A DNA stretch of 25,957 nucleotides from the IMG/VR virus record IMGVR_UViG_2693429508_000004; one strand, given 5' to 3'. The DNA is from a virus (taxonomy: Duplodnaviria > Heunggongvirae > Uroviricota > Caudoviricetes). This document shows positions 1 to 11,666 of this stretch, piece by piece (positions within the stretch are counted from its first letter, which is position 1; every line of letters starts with the position of its first letter). The notes beneath the pieces were generated by a model. The model saw nothing but the letters and a program-made list of their open reading frames with translations, did not search any database and was not told where the DNA came from. The position numbers and the translations under genes are program-made.

Positions 1-48
1 CCTCAAAAACACCATCATACACTAAATCAGTAAGTTGGCAGCATCACC
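1..48 (-). mobile_element. IS1 left-end (IRL) terminal fragment; element continues beyond the window start
   Basis: Positions 1-48 are the reverse complement of the IS1 left terminus as I recall it (GGTGATGCTGCCAACTTACTGATTTAGTGTATGATGGTGTTTTTGAGG); the same terminus occurs in forward orientation at the window end. Confidence 0.85.
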
Positions 49-195
49 AATATTCTCTGTGGCTAAATAGTAAATGTAATGTGAGACATTGTGACGTTTT
101 AGTTCAGAATAAAACCAGTGATAGTTTAAATTATTTCGCACTTTATCGAATATTTGTTTAAAAATGGCAACCTGAGCCATTGTAGTACCTTCCAT
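22..195 (-). CDS. Small ORF of unknown function reading from prophage DNA into the IS1 end (possible gene truncated by IS1 insertion)
   Basis: Hand translation of the minus strand gives [49 protein letters not shown], then 8 IS1-derived codons (GDAANLLI) and TAG at 24-22. A GGAAGG Shine-Dalgarno-like motif lies 7 nt before the second ATG (180-178). Not in the ORF track because it is under 60 codons. Confidence 0.3.
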   Translation of the reverse strand: MEGTTMAQVAIFKQIFDKVRNNLNYHWFYSELKRHNVSHYIYYLATENIGDAANLLI

Positions 196-237
196 GTGAT
201 ATGAGGGGGCGTAGTCTGCACGATTATCTAAATTGCT

Positions 238-468
238 TCAATCTGGTCTAACCTGTTTTCTGAGCAATTCAGTAATGTCACTCTTTTCTTTGTTTGCTTC
301 AGGCGAAACTCTTTTTTCTGAGCACAGTCTCCGGCGGCAGGCTTCAATGACCCAGGCTGAGAAATTCCCGGACCCTTTTTGAACAAGAGCGATGTTAATT
401 TGTTCAATCATTTGGTTAGGAAAGCGGATGTTGCGGGTTGTTGTTCTGCGGGTTCTGTTCTTTGATGA
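238..468 (-). CDS. YlcI/DUF3950-like small protein (possibly ribbon-helix-helix), copy next to the IS1 side; start codon lost in the N gap
   Basis: C-terminal part of track ORF 238..759(-): ...SSKNRTRRTTTRNIRFPNQMIEQINIALVQKGSGNFSAWVIEACRRRLCSEKRVSPEANKEKSDITELLRKQVRPD. Family name is from memory of the small gene found divergently upstream of nohD-type terminase genes in E. coli prophages. Confidence 0.6.
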   Translation of the reverse strand, partial: SSKNRTRRTTTRNIRFPNQMIEQINIALVQKGSGNFSAWVIEACRRRLCSEKRVSPEANKEKSDITELLRKQVRPD

Positions 469-469
469 C

Positions 470-588
470 ANNNNNNNNNNNNNNNNNNNNNNNNNNNNNN
501 NNNNNNNNNNNNNNNNNNNNNNNNNNNNNNNNNNNNNNNNNNNNNNNNNNNNNNNNNNNNNNNNNNNNNNNNNNNNNNNNNNNNNNNN
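470..588. other. Assembly gap (119 N)
   Basis: Run of n characters in the sequence. Confidence 0.99.
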
Positions 589-759
589 ATTCATACCCGA
601 ACTCTCTGTTGACAGCCTTCTTCTGCAGGCTTCAATAACCCACGCTGAAAAGTTTCCTGAACCTTTCAGATCAAGAGCGATGTTAATTTGTTCAATCATC
701 TGGTTTGGAAATCGGATGTTGCGGGTTGTTGTTCTGCGGGTTCTGTTCTTCGTTGACAT
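589..759 (-). CDS. Second, diverged copy of the YlcI/DUF3950-like gene; 3' end lost in the N gap
   Basis: N-terminal part of track ORF 238..759(-): MSTKNRTRRTTTRNIRFPNQMIEQINIALDLKGSGNFSAWVIEACRRRLSTESSGMN, with ATG at 759-757. Differs from the other copy at several residues. Confidence 0.6.
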
Positions 760-819
760 GAGGTTGCCCTGTATTCAGTGTCGCTGATTTGTATTGTCTG
801 AAGTTGTTTTTACGTTAAG

Positions 820-997
820 TTGATGCAGATCAATTAATACGATACCTGCGTCATAATTGATTATTTCTCGTGGTTTGATGGCGTACACACATGTTGTGAT
901 AAACCTTATATAGATGATAATAATTATCATTTCGTGAGTCCTTTCCGGCGATCCGACCGGTTACGGGGCGGCGACCTCGCGGGTTTTCGCTATTTAT
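820..997. other. Lambda-type cos region, copy 1 (right-end/cosQ-side sequence plus canonical cosN)
   Basis: Matches the lambda right-end sequence I recall (...GATCCGACnGGTTACG) followed by the 12-nt cohesive-end sequence GGGCGGCGACCT at 965-976 and CGCGGGTTTTCGCTATTTAT. Ends at a single n at 998. Confidence 0.8.
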
Positions 998-998
998 N

Positions 999-1320
999 TT
1001 GATGCAGATCAATTAATACGATACCTGCGTCATAATTGATTATTTGACGTGGTTTGATGGCGTAGATGCACGTTGTGACATGTAGATGATAATTATTATC
1101 ATTTTGCGGGTCCTTTCCGGCGATCCGACAGGTTACGGGGCGGAAGGCGCGCGGGTTTTCGCTATTTATGACAATTTTCCGGTTTAAGGCGTTTCCGTTC
1201 TTCTTCGCCGTAACCTAATGTTTTTATTTAAAACACCCCCTGAAAAGAAAGGAAACGACAGGTGCTGAAAACGGGCTTTTTGGCCTCTGTCGTTTCCTTT
1301 CTCTGTTTTTGTCCGTGGAA
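999..1320. other. cos region, copy 2 (variant cosN at 1137-1148 plus cosB with Nu1-binding repeats), contiguous with nu1
   Basis: Same right-end sequence as copy 1 with SNPs; cosN position reads GGGCGGAAGGCG. Downstream are the lambda left-end motifs CGTTTCCGTTCTTCTTCG (R3-like, 1190-1207) and the inverted pair GGAAACGACAG (1251-1261) / CTGTCGTTTCC (1287-1297), which correspond to R2/R1. Confidence 0.8.
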
Positions 1321-1326
1321 TGAACA

Positions 1327-1846
1327 ATGGAAGTCAACAAAAAGCAGCTGGCTGACATTTTCGGTGCGAGTATCCGTACCATTCAGAACTGGCAGGAACA
1401 GGGAATGCCCGTTCTGCGAGGCGGTGGCAAGGGTAATGAGGTGCTTTATGACTCTGCCGCCGTTATAAGATGGTATGCCGAAAGGGATGCTGAAATTGAG
1501 AACGAAAAGCTGCGCCGGGAAGTTGAAGAACTGCGGCAGGCCAGCGAGACAGATCTCCAGCCAGGGACTATTGAGTACGAACGCCATCGACTTACGCGTG
1601 CGCAGGCCGACGCACAGGAGCTGAAAAATGCCAGAGACTCCGCTGAAGTGGTGGAAACCGCATTCTGTACTTTCGTGCTGTCGCGGATCGCAGGTGAAAT
1701 TGCCAGTATTCTCGACGGGATCCCCCTGTCGGTGCAGCGGCGTTTTCCGGAACTGGAAAACCGACATGTTGATTTCCTGAAACGGGATATCATCAAAGCC
1801 ATGAACAAAGCAGCCGCGCTGGATGAACTGATACCGGGGTTGCTGA

Positions 1847-1872
<26 letters not shown>
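1327..1872 (+). CDS. nu1: Terminase small subunit Nu1
   Basis: Track ORF of 181 aa, MEVNKKQLADIFGASIRTIQNWQEQGMPVLRGGGKGNEV..., near-identical to lambda Nu1 as recalled. Lies immediately downstream of cosB and overlaps the start of A. Confidence 0.96.
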
Positions 1873-5553
<3,681 letters not shown>

Positions 5554-5573
<20 letters not shown>

Positions 5574-5847
5574 TCTCCCGCATATTGCCAGCATGGCTTT
5601 TAATGAGCCGCTGATGCTTGAACCCGCCTATGCGCGGGTTTTCTTTTGTGCGCTTGCAGGCCAGCTTGGGATCAGCTGCCTGACGGATGCAGTATCCGGC
5701 GACAGCCTGACTGCCGGAGAGGCACCCGCGGCGCTGGCGTTATCCGGTGATGATGACGGACCACGACAGGCCCGCAGTTATCAGGTAATGAACGGCATCG
5801 CCGTGCTGCCGGTGTCCGGCACGCTGGTCAGCCGTACTCGGGGATGA
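5554..5847 (+). pseudogene. C: N-terminal fragment of head maturation protease/scaffold gene C, ended by a frameshift
   Basis: GTG at 5554 opens ...VTAELRNLPHIASMAFNEPLMLEPAYARVFFCALAGQL...VSGTLVSRTRG, then TGA at 5845-5847. Lambda gpC is a single ORF of about 439 aa with this N-terminus. Confidence 0.7.
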
Positions 5848-6854
5848 CCGGTTACAACGGCATTATCGCCCGTCTGCAACAGGCTGCCAGCGACCCGATG
5901 GTGGACGGCATTCTGCTCGATATGGACACACCGGGCGGAATGGTGGCGGGAGCATTTGACTGCGCTGACATCATCGCCCGTGTGCGTGACATAAAGCCGG
6001 TATGGGCGCTGGCCAATGACATGAACTGCAGCGCAGGTCAGCTGCTTGCCAGTGCCGCCTCCCGGCGTCTGGTCACGCAGACCGCCCGGACAGGCTCCAT
6101 CGGCGTCATGATGGCTCACAGTAATTACGGCGCTGCACTGGAGAAACAGGGCGTGGAAATCACGCTGATTTACAGCGGCAGCCATAAGGTGGATGGCAAC
6201 CCCTACAGCCATCTACCGGATGATGTCCGGGAAACATTGCAGTCCCGGATGGATGCAACCCGCCGGATGTTTGCACAGAAGGTGTCGGCATATACCGGCC
6301 TGTCCGTGCAGGCTGTGCTGGATACCGAGGCTGCAGTGTACAGCGGTCAGGAGGCCATTGATGCCGGACTGGCTGATGAACTTGTTAACAGTACCGATGC
6401 GATCACCGTCATGCGTGATGCACTGGATGCACGTAAATCCCGTCTCTCAGGAGGGCGAATGACCAAAGAGACTCAATCAACAACTGTTTCAGCCACTGCT
6501 TCGCAGGCTGACGTTACTGGCGTGGTGCAAGCGACGGAGGGCGAGAACGCCAGCGCGGCGCAGCCGGACGTGAACGCGCAGATCACCGCAGCGGTTGCGG
6601 CAGAAAACAGTCGCATTATGGGGATCCTCAACTGTGAGGAGGCTCACGGACGCGAAGAACAGGCACGCGTGCTGGCCGAAACCCCCGGTATGACCGTGGA
6701 AACGGCCCGCCGTATTCTGGCCGCAGCACCACAGAGTGCACAGACGCGCAGTGACACTGCGCTGGATCGTCTGATGCAGGGGGCACCGGCACCGCTGGCT
6801 GCAGGTAACCCGGCATCTGATGCCGTTAACGATTTGCTGAACACACCAGTGTAA
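5844..6854 (+). CDS. C: Remainder of gene C (S49-type protease region plus Nu3 region) in a different frame from the N-terminal fragment
   Basis: 336 aa from ATG 5844, MTGYNGIIARLQQAASDPMVDGILLDMDTPGGMVAGAFD...NDMNCSAGQ...; matches lambda gpC residues from about 104 onward, including the region around the recalled catalytic Ser. Confidence 0.8.
   Translation: MTGYNGIIARLQQAASDPMVDGILLDMDTPGGMVAGAFDCADIIARVRDIKPVWALANDMNCSAGQLLASAASRRLVTQTARTGSIGVMMAHSNYGAALEKQGVEITLIYSGSHKVDGNPYSHLPDDVRETLQSRMDATRRMFAQKVSAYTGLSVQAVLDTEAAVYSGQEAIDAGLADELVNSTDAITVMRDALDARKSRLSGGRMTKETQSTTVSATASQADVTGVVQATEGENASAAQPDVNAQITAAVAAENSRIMGILNCEEAHGREEQARVLAETPGMTVETARRILAAAPQSAQTRSDTALDRLMQGAPAPLAAGNPASDAVNDLLNTPV
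6249..6854 (+). CDS. nu3: Scaffolding protein Nu3 (in-frame internal start nested in C)
   Basis: ATG at 6249 (MDATRRMFAQKVSAYTG...) is in frame with the C ORF and shares its stop. Nesting of nu3 in C is established for lambda; no independent signal in the sequence. Confidence 0.5.
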   Translation: MDATRRMFAQKVSAYTGLSVQAVLDTEAAVYSGQEAIDAGLADELVNSTDAITVMRDALDARKSRLSGGRMTKETQSTTVSATASQADVTGVVQATEGENASAAQPDVNAQITAAVAAENSRIMGILNCEEAHGREEQARVLAETPGMTVETARRILAAAPQSAQTRSDTALDRLMQGAPAPLAAGNPASDAVNDLLNTPV

Positions 6855-6863
6855 GGGATGTTT

Positions 6864-7196
6864 ATGACGAGCAAAGAAACCTTTACCCATTACCAGCCGC
6901 TGGGCAATAGTGACCCGGCTCATACCGCAACCGCGCCCGGCGGATTGAGTGCGAAAGCGCCTGCAATGACCCCGCTGATGCTGGACACCTCCACCCGTAA
7001 GCTGGTTGCGTGGGATGGCACCACCGACGGTGCTGCCGTTGGCATTCTTGCGGTTGCTGCTGACCAGACCAGCACCACACTGACGTTCTACAAGTCCGGC
7101 ACGTTCCGTTATGAGGATGTGCTCTGGCCGGAGGCTGCCAGCGACGAGACGAAAAAACGGACCGCGTTTGCCGGAACGGCAATCAGCATCGTTTAA
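6864..7196 (+). CDS. D: Head decoration protein D
   Basis: [42 protein letters not shown]...AISIV, 110 aa from ATG 6864; near-identical to lambda gpD. Confidence 0.96.
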   Translation: MTSKETFTHYQPLGNSDPAHTATAPGGLSAKAPAMTPLMLDTSTRKLVAWDGTTDGAAVGILAVAADQTSTTLTFYKSGTFRYEDVLWPEAASDETKKRTAFAGTAISIV

Positions 7197-7213
7197 CTTT
7201 ACCCTTCATCACT

Positions 7214-7238
7214 AAAGGCCGCCTGTGCGGCTTTTTTT
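7214..7238 (+). terminator. Hairpin plus T7 between D and E (terminator-like)
   Basis: GCCGC-CTGT-GCGGC followed by TTTTTTT. Confidence 0.4.
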
Positions 7239-7251
7239 ACGGGATTTTTTT

Positions 7252-8277
7252 ATGTCGATGTACACAACCGCCCAGCTGCTGGCGGCAAATGAGCAGAAAT
7301 TTAAGTTTGATCCGCTGTTTCTGCGTCTCTTTTTCCGTGAGAGCTATCCCTTCACTACGGAGAAAGTCTATCTCTCACAAATTCCGGGACTGGTAAACAT
7401 GGCGCTGTACGTTTCGCCGATTGTTTCCGGTGAGGTTATCCGTTCCCGTGGCGGCTCCACCTCTGAATTTACGCCGGGATATGTCAAACCCAAGCATGAG
7501 GTGAATCCGCAGATGACCCTGCGTCGCCTGCCGGATGAAGATCCGCAGAATCTGGCGGACCCGGCTTACCGCCGCCGTCGCATCATCATGCAGAACATGC
7601 GTGACGAAGAGCTGGCCATTGCTCAGGTCGAAGAGATGCAGGCAGTTTCTGCCGTGCTCAAGGGCAAATACACCATGACCGGTGAAGCCTTCGATCCGGT
7701 TGAGGTGGATATGGGCCGCAGTGCGGCGAACAACATCACACAGTCCGGCGTCACGGAGTGGAGCAAGCGTGACAAGTCCACGTATGACCCGACCGACGAT
7801 ATCGAAGCCTACGCGCTGAACGCCAGCGGTGTGGTGAATATCATCGTGTTTGACCCGAAAGGCTGGGCGCTGTTCCGTTCCTTCAAAGCCGTCAAGGAGA
7901 AGCTGGATACCCGTCGCGGCTCTCATTCCGAGCTGGAGACAGCGGTAAAAGACCTGGGCAAAGCGGTGTCCTATAAGGGAATGTATGGCGATGTGGCCAT
8001 CGTCGTGTATTCCGGACAGTACGTGGAAAACGGCGTCAAAAAGAACTTCCTGCCGGACAACACGATGGTGCTGGGGAACACTCAGGCTCGCGGTCTGCGC
8101 ACCTATGGCTGCATTCAGGATGCGGACGCACAGCGCGAAGGCATTAACGCCTCTGCCCGTTACCCGAAAAACTGGGTGACCACCGGCGATCCGGCGCGTG
8201 AGTTCACCATGATTCAGTCAGCACCGCTGATGCTGCTGGCTGATCCTGATGAGTTCGTGTCCGTTCAACTGGCGTAA
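7252..8277 (+). CDS. E: Major capsid protein E
   Basis: MSMYTTAQLLAANEQKFKFDPLFLRLFFRESYPFTTEKVYLSQIPGLVNMALYVSPIVSGEV...; 341 aa from ATG 7252; near-identical to lambda gpE. Confidence 0.97.
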   Translation: MSMYTTAQLLAANEQKFKFDPLFLRLFFRESYPFTTEKVYLSQIPGLVNMALYVSPIVSGEVIRSRGGSTSEFTPGYVKPKHEVNPQMTLRRLPDEDPQNLADPAYRRRRIIMQNMRDEELAIAQVEEMQAVSAVLKGKYTMTGEAFDPVEVDMGRSAANNITQSGVTEWSKRDKSTYDPTDDIEAYALNASGVVNIIVFDPKGWALFRSFKAVKEKLDTRRGSHSELETAVKDLGKAVSYKGMYGDVAIVVYSGQYVENGVKKNFLPDNTMVLGNTQARGLRTYGCIQDADAQREGINASARYPKNWVTTGDPAREFTMIQSAPLMLLADPDEFVSVQLA

Positions 8278-8278
8278 T

Positions 8279-8305
8279 CATGGCCCTTCGGGGCCATTTT
8301 CTCTC
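8279..8305 (+). terminator. Hairpin after E (TGGCCC-TTCG-GGGCCA plus T-rich tail)
   Basis: 6-bp GC-rich stem followed by TTTTCTCTC. Confidence 0.35.
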
Positions 8306-8318
8306 TGTGGAGGAGTTC

Positions 8319-8717
8319 ATGACGAAAGATGAACTGATTGCCCGTCTTCAGGAGCTGGGTGAGCAATTGAACCGCGATGTCAGTTTGACGGGAACGAAAG
8401 AAGAACTGGCGCTTCGTGTGGCAGAGCTGGAAGAAGAGCTTGATGACACGGATGAAACTGCCGGTCAGGACACCCCTCTCAGCCGGGAAAATGTGCTGAC
8501 CGGGCATGAAAATGAGGTGGTATCAGCGCAGCCGGATACCGTGATTCAGGATACGGCTGAACTGGTCACGGTCGTGGCACTGGTGACGCTGCATACTGAT
8601 GCACTTCACGCCACGCGGGATAAACCTGTGGCATTTGTGCTGCCGGGAACGGCGTTTCGTGTCTCTGCCGGTGTGGCAGCCGAAATGACAGAGCGCGGCC
8701 TGGCCAGAATGCAATAA
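8319..8717 (+). CDS. FI: DNA-packaging/head completion protein FI
   Basis: MTKDELIARLQELGEQLNRDVSLTGTKEELALRVAELEEELDDTDETAGQ...; GGAGG Shine-Dalgarno-like motif at 8312-8316; matches lambda gpFI. Confidence 0.93.
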   Translation: MTKDELIARLQELGEQLNRDVSLTGTKEELALRVAELEEELDDTDETAGQDTPLSRENVLTGHENEVVSAQPDTVIQDTAELVTVVALVTLHTDALHATRDKPVAFVLPGTAFRVSAGVAAEMTERGLARMQ

Positions 8718-8728
8718 CGGGAGGCGCT

Positions 8729-9082
8729 GTGGCTGATTTCGATAACCTGTTCGATGCTGCCATTGCCCGCGCCGATGAAACGATACGCGGGTACATGGGA
8801 ACGTCAGCCACCATGACATCCGGTGAGCAGTCAGGTGCGGTGATACGTGGTGTTTTTGATGACCCTGAAAATATCAGCTATGCCGGACAGGGCGTGCGCG
8901 TTGAAGGCTCCAGCCCGTCCCTGTTTGTCCGGACTGATGAGGTGCGGCAGCTGCGGCGTGGAGACACGCTGACCATCGGTGAGGAAAATTTCTGGGTAGA
9001 TCGGGTTTCGCCGGATGATGGCGGAAGTTGTCATCTCTGGCTTGGACGGGGCGTACCGCCTGCCGTTAACCGTCGCCGCTGA
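8729..9082 (+). CDS. FII: Head-tail connector protein FII
   Basis: GTG start; MADFDNLFDAAIARADETIRGYMGTSATMTSGEQSGAVIRGVFDDPENISYAGQG..., 117 aa; matches lambda gpFII. Confidence 0.94.
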   Translation: MADFDNLFDAAIARADETIRGYMGTSATMTSGEQSGAVIRGVFDDPENISYAGQGVRVEGSSPSLFVRTDEVRQLRRGDTLTIGEENFWVDRVSPDDGGSCHLWLGRGVPPAVNRRR

Positions 9083-9093
9083 AAGGGGGATGT

Positions 9094-9672
9094 ATGGCCA
9101 TAAAAGGTCTTGAGCAGGCCGTTGAAAACCTCAGCCGTATCAGCAAAACGGCGGTGCCCGGTGCCGCCGCAATGGCCATTAACCGCGTTGCTTCATCCGC
9201 GATATCGCAGTCTGCGTCACAGGTTGCCCGTGAGACAAAGGTACGCCGGAAACTGGTAAAGGAAAGGGCCAGGCTGAAAAGGGCCACGGTCAAAAATCCG
9301 CAGGCCAGAATCAAAGTTAACCGGGGGGATTTGCCCGTAATCAAGCTGGGTAATGCGCGGGTTGTCCTGTCCCGCCGCAGGCGTCATAAAAAGGGGCAGC
9401 GTTCATCCCTGAAAGGTGGCGGCAGCGTGCTTGTGGTGGGTAACCGTCGTATTCCCGGCGCGTTTATTCAGCAACTGAAAAACGGCCGGTGGCATGTTAT
9501 GCAGCGTGTGGCCGGGAAAAACCGTTACCCCATTGATGTGGTGAAAATCCCGATGGCGGTGCCGCTGACCACGGCGTTTAAACAGAATATTGAACGGATA
9601 CGGCGTGAACGTCTTCCGAAAGAGCTGGGCTATGCGCTGCAGCATCAACTGAGAATGGTAATAAAGCGATGA
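9094..9672 (+). CDS. Z: Tail completion protein Z
   Basis: 192 aa, MAIKGLEQAVENLSRISKTAVPGAAAMAINRVASSAISQSASQVARE...; lambda gpZ length and position. Confidence 0.94.
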   Translation: MAIKGLEQAVENLSRISKTAVPGAAAMAINRVASSAISQSASQVARETKVRRKLVKERARLKRATVKNPQARIKVNRGDLPVIKLGNARVVLSRRRRHKKGQRSSLKGGGSVLVVGNRRIPGAFIQQLKNGRWHVMQRVAGKNRYPIDVVKIPMAVPLTTAFKQNIERIRRERLPKELGYALQHQLRMVIKR

Positions 9673-10064
9673 AACATACTGAACTCCGTGCAGCCGTACT
9701 GGATGCACTGGAGAAGCATGACACCGGGGCGACGCTTTTTGATGGTCGCCCCGCTGTTTTTGATGAGGAAGATTTTCCGGCAATTGCCGTTTATCTCACC
9801 GGCGCTGAATACACGGGCGAAGAGCTGGACAGCGATACCTGGCAGGCGGAGCTGCATATTGAAGTTTTCCTGCCTGCTCAGGTGCCGGATTCAGAGCTGG
9901 ATTCGTGGATGGAGTCCCGGATTTATCCGGTGATGAGCGATATCCCGGCACTGTCAGATTTGATCACCAGTATGGTGGCCAGCGGCTATGACTACCGGCG
10001 CGACGATGATGCGGGCCTGTGGAGTTCAGCCGATCTGACTTATGTCATTATCTATGAAATGTGA
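9669..10064 (+). CDS. U: Tail tube terminator protein U
   Basis: 131 aa, [54 protein letters not shown]...; matches lambda gpU. Confidence 0.95.
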   Translation: MKHTELRAAVLDALEKHDTGATLFDGRPAVFDEEDFPAIAVYLTGAEYTGEELDSDTWQAELHIEVFLPAQVPDSELDSWMESRIYPVMSDIPALSDLITSMVASGYDYRRDDDAGLWSSADLTYVIIYEM

Positions 10065-10071
10065 GGACGCT

Positions 10072-10812
10072 ATGCCTGTACCAAATCCTACAATGCCGGT
10101 GAAAGGTGCCGGGACCACCCTGTGGGTTTATAAGGGGAGCGGTGACCCTTATGCGAACCCGCTTTCAGACGTTGACTGGTCGCGTCTGGCAAAAGTTAAA
10201 GACCTGACGCCCGGCGAACTGACCGCTGAGTCCTATGACGACAGCTATCTCGATGATGAAGATGCAGACTGGACTGCGACCGGGCAGGGGCAGAAATCTG
10301 CCGGAGATACCAGCTTCACGCTGGCGTGGATGCCCGGAGAGCAGGGGCAGCAGGCGCTGCTGGCGTGGTTTAATGAAGGTGATACCCGTGCCTATAAAAT
10401 CCGCTTCCCGAACGGCACGGTCGATGTGTTCCGTGGCTGGGTCAGCAGTATCGGTAAGGCGGTGACGGCGAAGGAGGTGATTACCCGCACGGTGAAGGTC
10501 ACCAATGTGGGACGTCCGTCGATGGCAGAAGATCGCAGCACGGTGACGGCGACGACCGGCATGACGGTGACACCCGCCAGTGCTTCCGTAGTGAAAGGGC
10601 AGAGCACCACGCTGACCGTGGCATTCCAGCCGGATGGCGCAACCGACAAGAGCTTCCGTGCGGTGTCTGCGGATAAAACAAAAGCCACCGTGTCGGTCAG
10701 TGGTATGACCATCACCGTGAAAGGTGTTGCTGCAGGCAAGGTCAACATTCCGGTCGTATCTGGTAATGGTGAGTTTGCTGCGGTTGCAGAAATCAACGTC
10801 ACCGCCAGTTAA
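10072..10812 (+). CDS. V: Major tail tube protein V
   Basis: [57 protein letters not shown]...; 246 aa from ATG 10072; matches lambda gpV including the C-terminal Ig-like region. Confidence 0.96.
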   Translation: MPVPNPTMPVKGAGTTLWVYKGSGDPYANPLSDVDWSRLAKVKDLTPGELTAESYDDSYLDDEDADWTATGQGQKSAGDTSFTLAWMPGEQGQQALLAWFNEGDTRAYKIRFPNGTVDVFRGWVSSIGKAVTAKEVITRTVKVTNVGRPSMAEDRSTVTATTGMTVTPASASVVKGQSTTLTVAFQPDGATDKSFRAVSADKTKATVSVSGMTITVKGVAAGKVNIPVVSGNGEFAAVAEINVTAS

Positions 10813-10827
10813 TCCGGAGAGTCAGCG

Positions 10828-11250
10828 ATGTTCCTGAAAACCGAATCATTTGAACATAACGGTGTGACCGTCACGCTTTCTGAACTGTCAGCCCTGCAGC
10901 GTATTGAGCATCTCGACCTGATGAAACGGCAGGCAGAACAGGCGGAGTCAGACAGCAACCGGAAGTTTACTGTGGAAGACGCCATCAGAACCGGCGCTTT
11001 TGTGGTTGCGATGTCCCTGTGGCATAACCATCCGAAGAAGACGCAGATGCCGTCCATGAATGAAGCCGTTAAACAGATTGAGCAGGAAGTGCTTACCACC
11101 TGGCCCACAGAGGCAATTTCTCATGCTGAAAACGTGGTGTACCGGCTGTCCGGTATGTATGAGTTTGTGGTGAATGATGCTCCTGAACAGGCAGAGGACG
11201 CCGGGCCTGCAGAGCCTGTTTCTGCGGGAAAGTGTTCGACGGTGAGCTGA
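10828..11250 (+). CDS. G: Tail assembly chaperone G
   Basis: 140 aa, MFLKTESFEHNGVTVTLSELSALQRIEHLDLMKRQAEQAESDSNRKF...; matches lambda gpG. Confidence 0.95.
   Translation: MFLKTESFEHNGVTVTLSELSALQRIEHLDLMKRQAEQAESDSNRKFTVEDAIRTGAFVVAMSLWHNHPKKTQMPSMNEAVKQIEQEVLTTWPTEAISHAENVVYRLSGMYEFVVNDAPEQAEDAGPAEPVSAGKCSTVS
11226..11232 (+). promoter_or_regulatory. Programmed -1 ribosomal frameshift slippery heptamer G GGA AAG (G to G-T fusion)
   Basis: GGGAAAG lies in the G frame as G-GGA-AAG, 6 codons before the G stop, and the -1 frame continues into the T ORF (GKVFDGELSFALKLAREMG...). The G-T frameshift is established for lambda. Confidence 0.85.
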
Positions 11251-11666
11251 GTTTTGCCCTGAAACTGGCGCGTGAGATGGGGCGACCCGACTGGCGCGCC
11301 ATGCTTGCCGGGATGTCATCCACGGAGTATGCCGACTGGCACCGCTTTTACAGTACCCATTATTTTCATGATGTTCTGCTGGATATGCACTTTTCCGGGC
11401 TGACGTACACCGTGCTCAGCCTGTTTTTCAGCGATCCGGAGATGCATCCGCTGGATTTCAGTCTGCTGAACCGGCGCGAGGCTGACGAAGAGCCTGAAGA
11501 TGATGTGCTGATGCAGAAAGCGGCAGGGCTTGCCGGAGGTGTCCGCTTTGGCCCGGACGGGAATGAAGTTATCCCCGCTTCCCCGGATGTGGCGGACATG
11601 ACGGAGGATGACGTAATGCTGATGACAGTATCAGAAGGGATCGCAGGAGGAGTCCGGTATGGCTGA
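11232..11666 (+). CDS. T: Tail assembly protein T region, expressed as a G-T fusion via -1 frameshift
   Basis: -1 frame ORF overlapping the 3' end of G: ...FDGELSFALKLAREMGRPDWRAMLAGMSSTEYADWHRFYSTHYFHDVLLDMHFSG...; no independent start is expected. Confidence 0.9.
   Translation: MFDGELSFALKLAREMGRPDWRAMLAGMSSTEYADWHRFYSTHYFHDVLLDMHFSGLTYTVLSLFFSDPEMHPLDFSLLNRREADEEPEDDVLMQKAAGLAGGVRFGPDGNEVIPASPDVADMTEDDVMLMTVSEGIAGGVRYG

Noticed and set aside
238-759. Single 173-aa minus-strand ORF from the track
   Set aside because: It spans the 119-N gap (the X run); it is two separate copies of a small gene, not one protein.
7375-7926. 183-aa minus-strand ORF inside the major capsid gene E
   Set aside because: Antisense to a near-lambda-identical E gene; shadow ORF.
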